Shown: positions 62,379 through 64,000 of the stretch, one piece after another
Layout of the letters: every line of letters starts with the position of its first letter
Position numbering within the stretch: the first letter of the stretch is position 1
Assembly: GCA_007375645.1 (NCBI GenBank)
Contig: VMER01000001.1
Location: forward strand, 69,139 to 133,138
Direction of reading: 5' to 3'
DNA: 64,000 nt
From: Parcubacteria group bacterium LiPW_15
GTDB lineage: Bacteria; Patescibacteriota; Minisyncoccia; UBA6257; 2-01-FULL-56-20
Translations under genes and position numbers: made by a program
The notes under the pieces: generated by a model
Seen by the model: the letters and a program-made list of their open reading frames with translations, nothing else
Databases searched by the model: none
Told to the model about the DNA's origin: nothing

Positions 62379-63749
62379 GTTTTTTCGCTTTTCTCGGGAT
62401 TTATCTTAGGCGTTGTCGCGAGCGGTTCGGGAGTTAACATCTATACCGGCATTGTCGGATTTTTTATCGTAATCGCCGCCAGCTTTTTCTTGAGGCGAAA
62501 TCTTACAAAATACTTCGCCGTAGCTCTAGCCGCGTTTCTTTTGGGCTTCTTTTATTTTGTTTTATATGGGAAATTAGCCAGTGCGAAATATCCTAGTTTT
62601 GGAGTGAAAATCGCTATGGAGGTTATTGTCACGGGAGAAACGAGGATAAGCGGGACAGTTCAGCGGACAAAAGCCAAGCTGCTGCCACCATACGGCGGGG
62701 CGATAGATCTGGTTTCAAACGAAGGAATCCTTTTGGAATATGGCGACAGGATAAAATTTGAAGCCGCGCTTAACCCGGATAAGTATTCCACTCGTCCGGC
62801 GGCGAGAGTATACGCCCCGGAAATTGTTTCCAAAAATAACGGTTCGGGGCTCAAGCAATCGCTTCTGGGACTAAAAACAAATCTGCTCAAATCTCTCAAA
62901 GAAAATCTATCACCGCCCTCGGCCGCGCTCATGGGCGGACTTCTCTTGGGCGATAGGAATAGCTTTTCCGCGGACTTTAAAACCGCGATGAAGGGGAGCG
63001 GGACGACCCACCTGGTCGCGCTTTCGGGGTTCAATATAACGATCCTTGTAAACGCCATAGCGCTGGCCCTTGGCTCATTTTTGTCCCGCAAAATGCGCTT
63101 CGCGCTTTCGATAATGATCATCATCCTTTTTATCGTAATGGTCGGGGCGGAAGCGTCGGTCGTTCGGGCGGGGATTATGGGCGCGCTTCTCTTAATTTCC
63201 CAAGAGAGCGGAAGAATATATTCGCCGAGAAACGCAATAGCTTTTGCCGGATTTGCGATGACCGCTTGGGATCCGAATAACGTTTTCGATATCGGATTTA
63301 TCCTTTCTTTTGTGAGCCTAATGGGAATCGTATATATTCTGCCGGCCGTTAAAAACACATTTTTGCCGGGGAAAAATCCGAAAGGAATCGAGGAAGCGGC
63401 GCTTATGACCGTTTCCGCCCAGGCGGCGGTGTTGCCGATAGCCATAAAAACCTTCGGCGGGTTTTCTTTAACCGCGATAATTTCCAATTCGCTTATCACC
63501 GGTTTTGTTCCATACGCGATGCTTTCCGGATTTTTGGTTGCTGTCGCCGATTTCTTTTCGGCCGCCCTCTCATTTTTCTTCGGTTTTTTCGCCGAGATAG
63601 GTATGAAATATTTTATCTTTATAATCGAATTCTTCTCGCGGGTTCGTCTGCCCTTCGGAGATTTCCTAAACATTCCTTACGCCGCGGCAATTTATTACAT
63701 ATGTCTTATAATTTTTGTATATGCAGGGATTACCAAAGTTAAGCAATAG
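62364..63749 (+). CDS. comEC: ComEC/Rec2 competence channel, membrane domain only (ORF opens at 62295 inside the terminator)
   Basis: many TM helices, HLVALSGFNITIL (ComEC signature); stop at 63747-63749. Confidence 0.8.
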   Translation: MAAEIVFSLFSGFILGVVASGSGVNIYTGIVGFFIVIAASFFLRRNLTKYFAVALAAFLLGFFYFVLYGKLASAKYPSFGVKIAMEVIVTGETRISGTVQRTKAKLLPPYGGAIDLVSNEGILLEYGDRIKFEAALNPDKYSTRPAARVYAPEIVSKNNGSGLKQSLLGLKTNLLKSLKENLSPPSAALMGGLLLGDRNSFSADFKTAMKGSGTTHLVALSGFNITILVNAIALALGSFLSRKMRFALSIMIIILFIVMVGAEASVVRAGIMGALLLISQESGRIYSPRNAIAFAGFAMTAWDPNNVFDIGFILSFVSLMGIVYILPAVKNTFLPGKNPKGIEEAALMTVSAQAAVLPIAIKTFGGFSLTAIISNSLITGFVPYAMLSGFLVAVADFFSAALSFFFGFFAEIGMKYFIFIIEFFSRVRLPFGDFLNIPYAAAIYYICLIIFVYAGITKVKQ

Positions 63750-64000
63750 AACATTCGTTTTTGCCGCGGTCCTGTTGTTAGGACTTTGTTTTTTCGCGCG
63801 GGCAAATCTCAAGGCTTCCGGGCCTGCCACAGGGTTTTATTTTTTGGACGTAGGGCAGGGAGATTCCGAACTTGCGATTGCCGAAAACGGAGCGAAGATT
63901 CTAACCGACGCGGGGCAGGGTTCCCGGGTGGTGGGTGCGCTCGGAAAAATCCTGGGTTCCGCCGACAAATATATAGATCTGGTTTTAATTTCTCATCCGC
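63721..64000 (+). CDS. metallo-beta-lactamase-fold domain ORF (ComEC C-terminal domain homolog), partial, different frame
   Basis: my translation from ATG 63721: MAGLPKLSNRTFVFAAVLLLGLCFFA..GFYFLDVGQGDSELAIAENGAKILTDAG..IDLVLISHP; overlaps comEC by 29 nt in another frame. Confidence 0.5.
   Translation, partial: MQGLPKLSNRTFVFAAVLLLGLCFFARANLKASGPATGFYFLDVGQGDSELAIAENGAKILTDAGQGSRVVGALGKILGSADKYIDLVLISHP

Noticed and set aside
1-64000. CRISPR arrays
   Set aside because: No regularly spaced direct repeats with unique spacers were seen anywhere. The only repeated short elements are isolated palindromes and the tRNA-derived R1/R2.

Overview
64-kb window of a bacterial chromosome, about 45-50% GC by eye. 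I read it as Patescibacteria/CPR-like, which is an inference from the 16S gene not being linked to a 23S, a short AspRS without the GAD insertion, many small membrane and hypothetical proteins, and a protein with an N-terminal sigma-70 region-4 domain. Housekeeping genes recognised: pgk (3-prime part), aspS, ndk, an RF1-type release factor lacking domain 1, rpmE, 16S rRNA, rplS, rnhB, rpmF (50 aa, not in the ORF track), nusB, rnc, an SMC-like ATPase, pgi/pmi, ROK glucokinase, ychF, recR, dnaB, cysS, hrcA-grpE-dnaK-dnaJ (with a CIRCE operator), tRNA-Lys, secDF, trmD and comEC. Hand reading also gives a type-A RNase P RNA on the minus strand (2197-2570) and a tRNA-Leu(GAG) at 15499-15582. Three accessory regions stand out. 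(1) An integrative element of about 6.4 kb sits at the 3-prime end of tRNA-Leu and is bounded by degenerate copies of that end. It carries a large serine recombinase, a rolling-circle HUH Rep, a winged-helix protein, a PD-(D/E)xK nuclease and an OLD-family ATPase-Toprim nuclease. A free-standing LAGLIDADG endonuclease lies just left of the tRNA. (2) The trmD-comEC interval holds an AT-rich two-gene module, an ABC-type ATPase translationally coupled to a small Toprim-like protein, which is a candidate defence or abortive-infection system. It is followed by a GC-rich five-gene island with its own sigma-70 promoters and two homologous 80-bp terminator modules. (3) Several GC-rich small ORFs carry complete promoter, SD and terminator signals, and there are two families of repeated palindromic hairpins plus a large nested inverted repeat upstream of hrcA. 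No CRISPR array is present. All protein calls rest on motif recognition by eye; no database search was possible.
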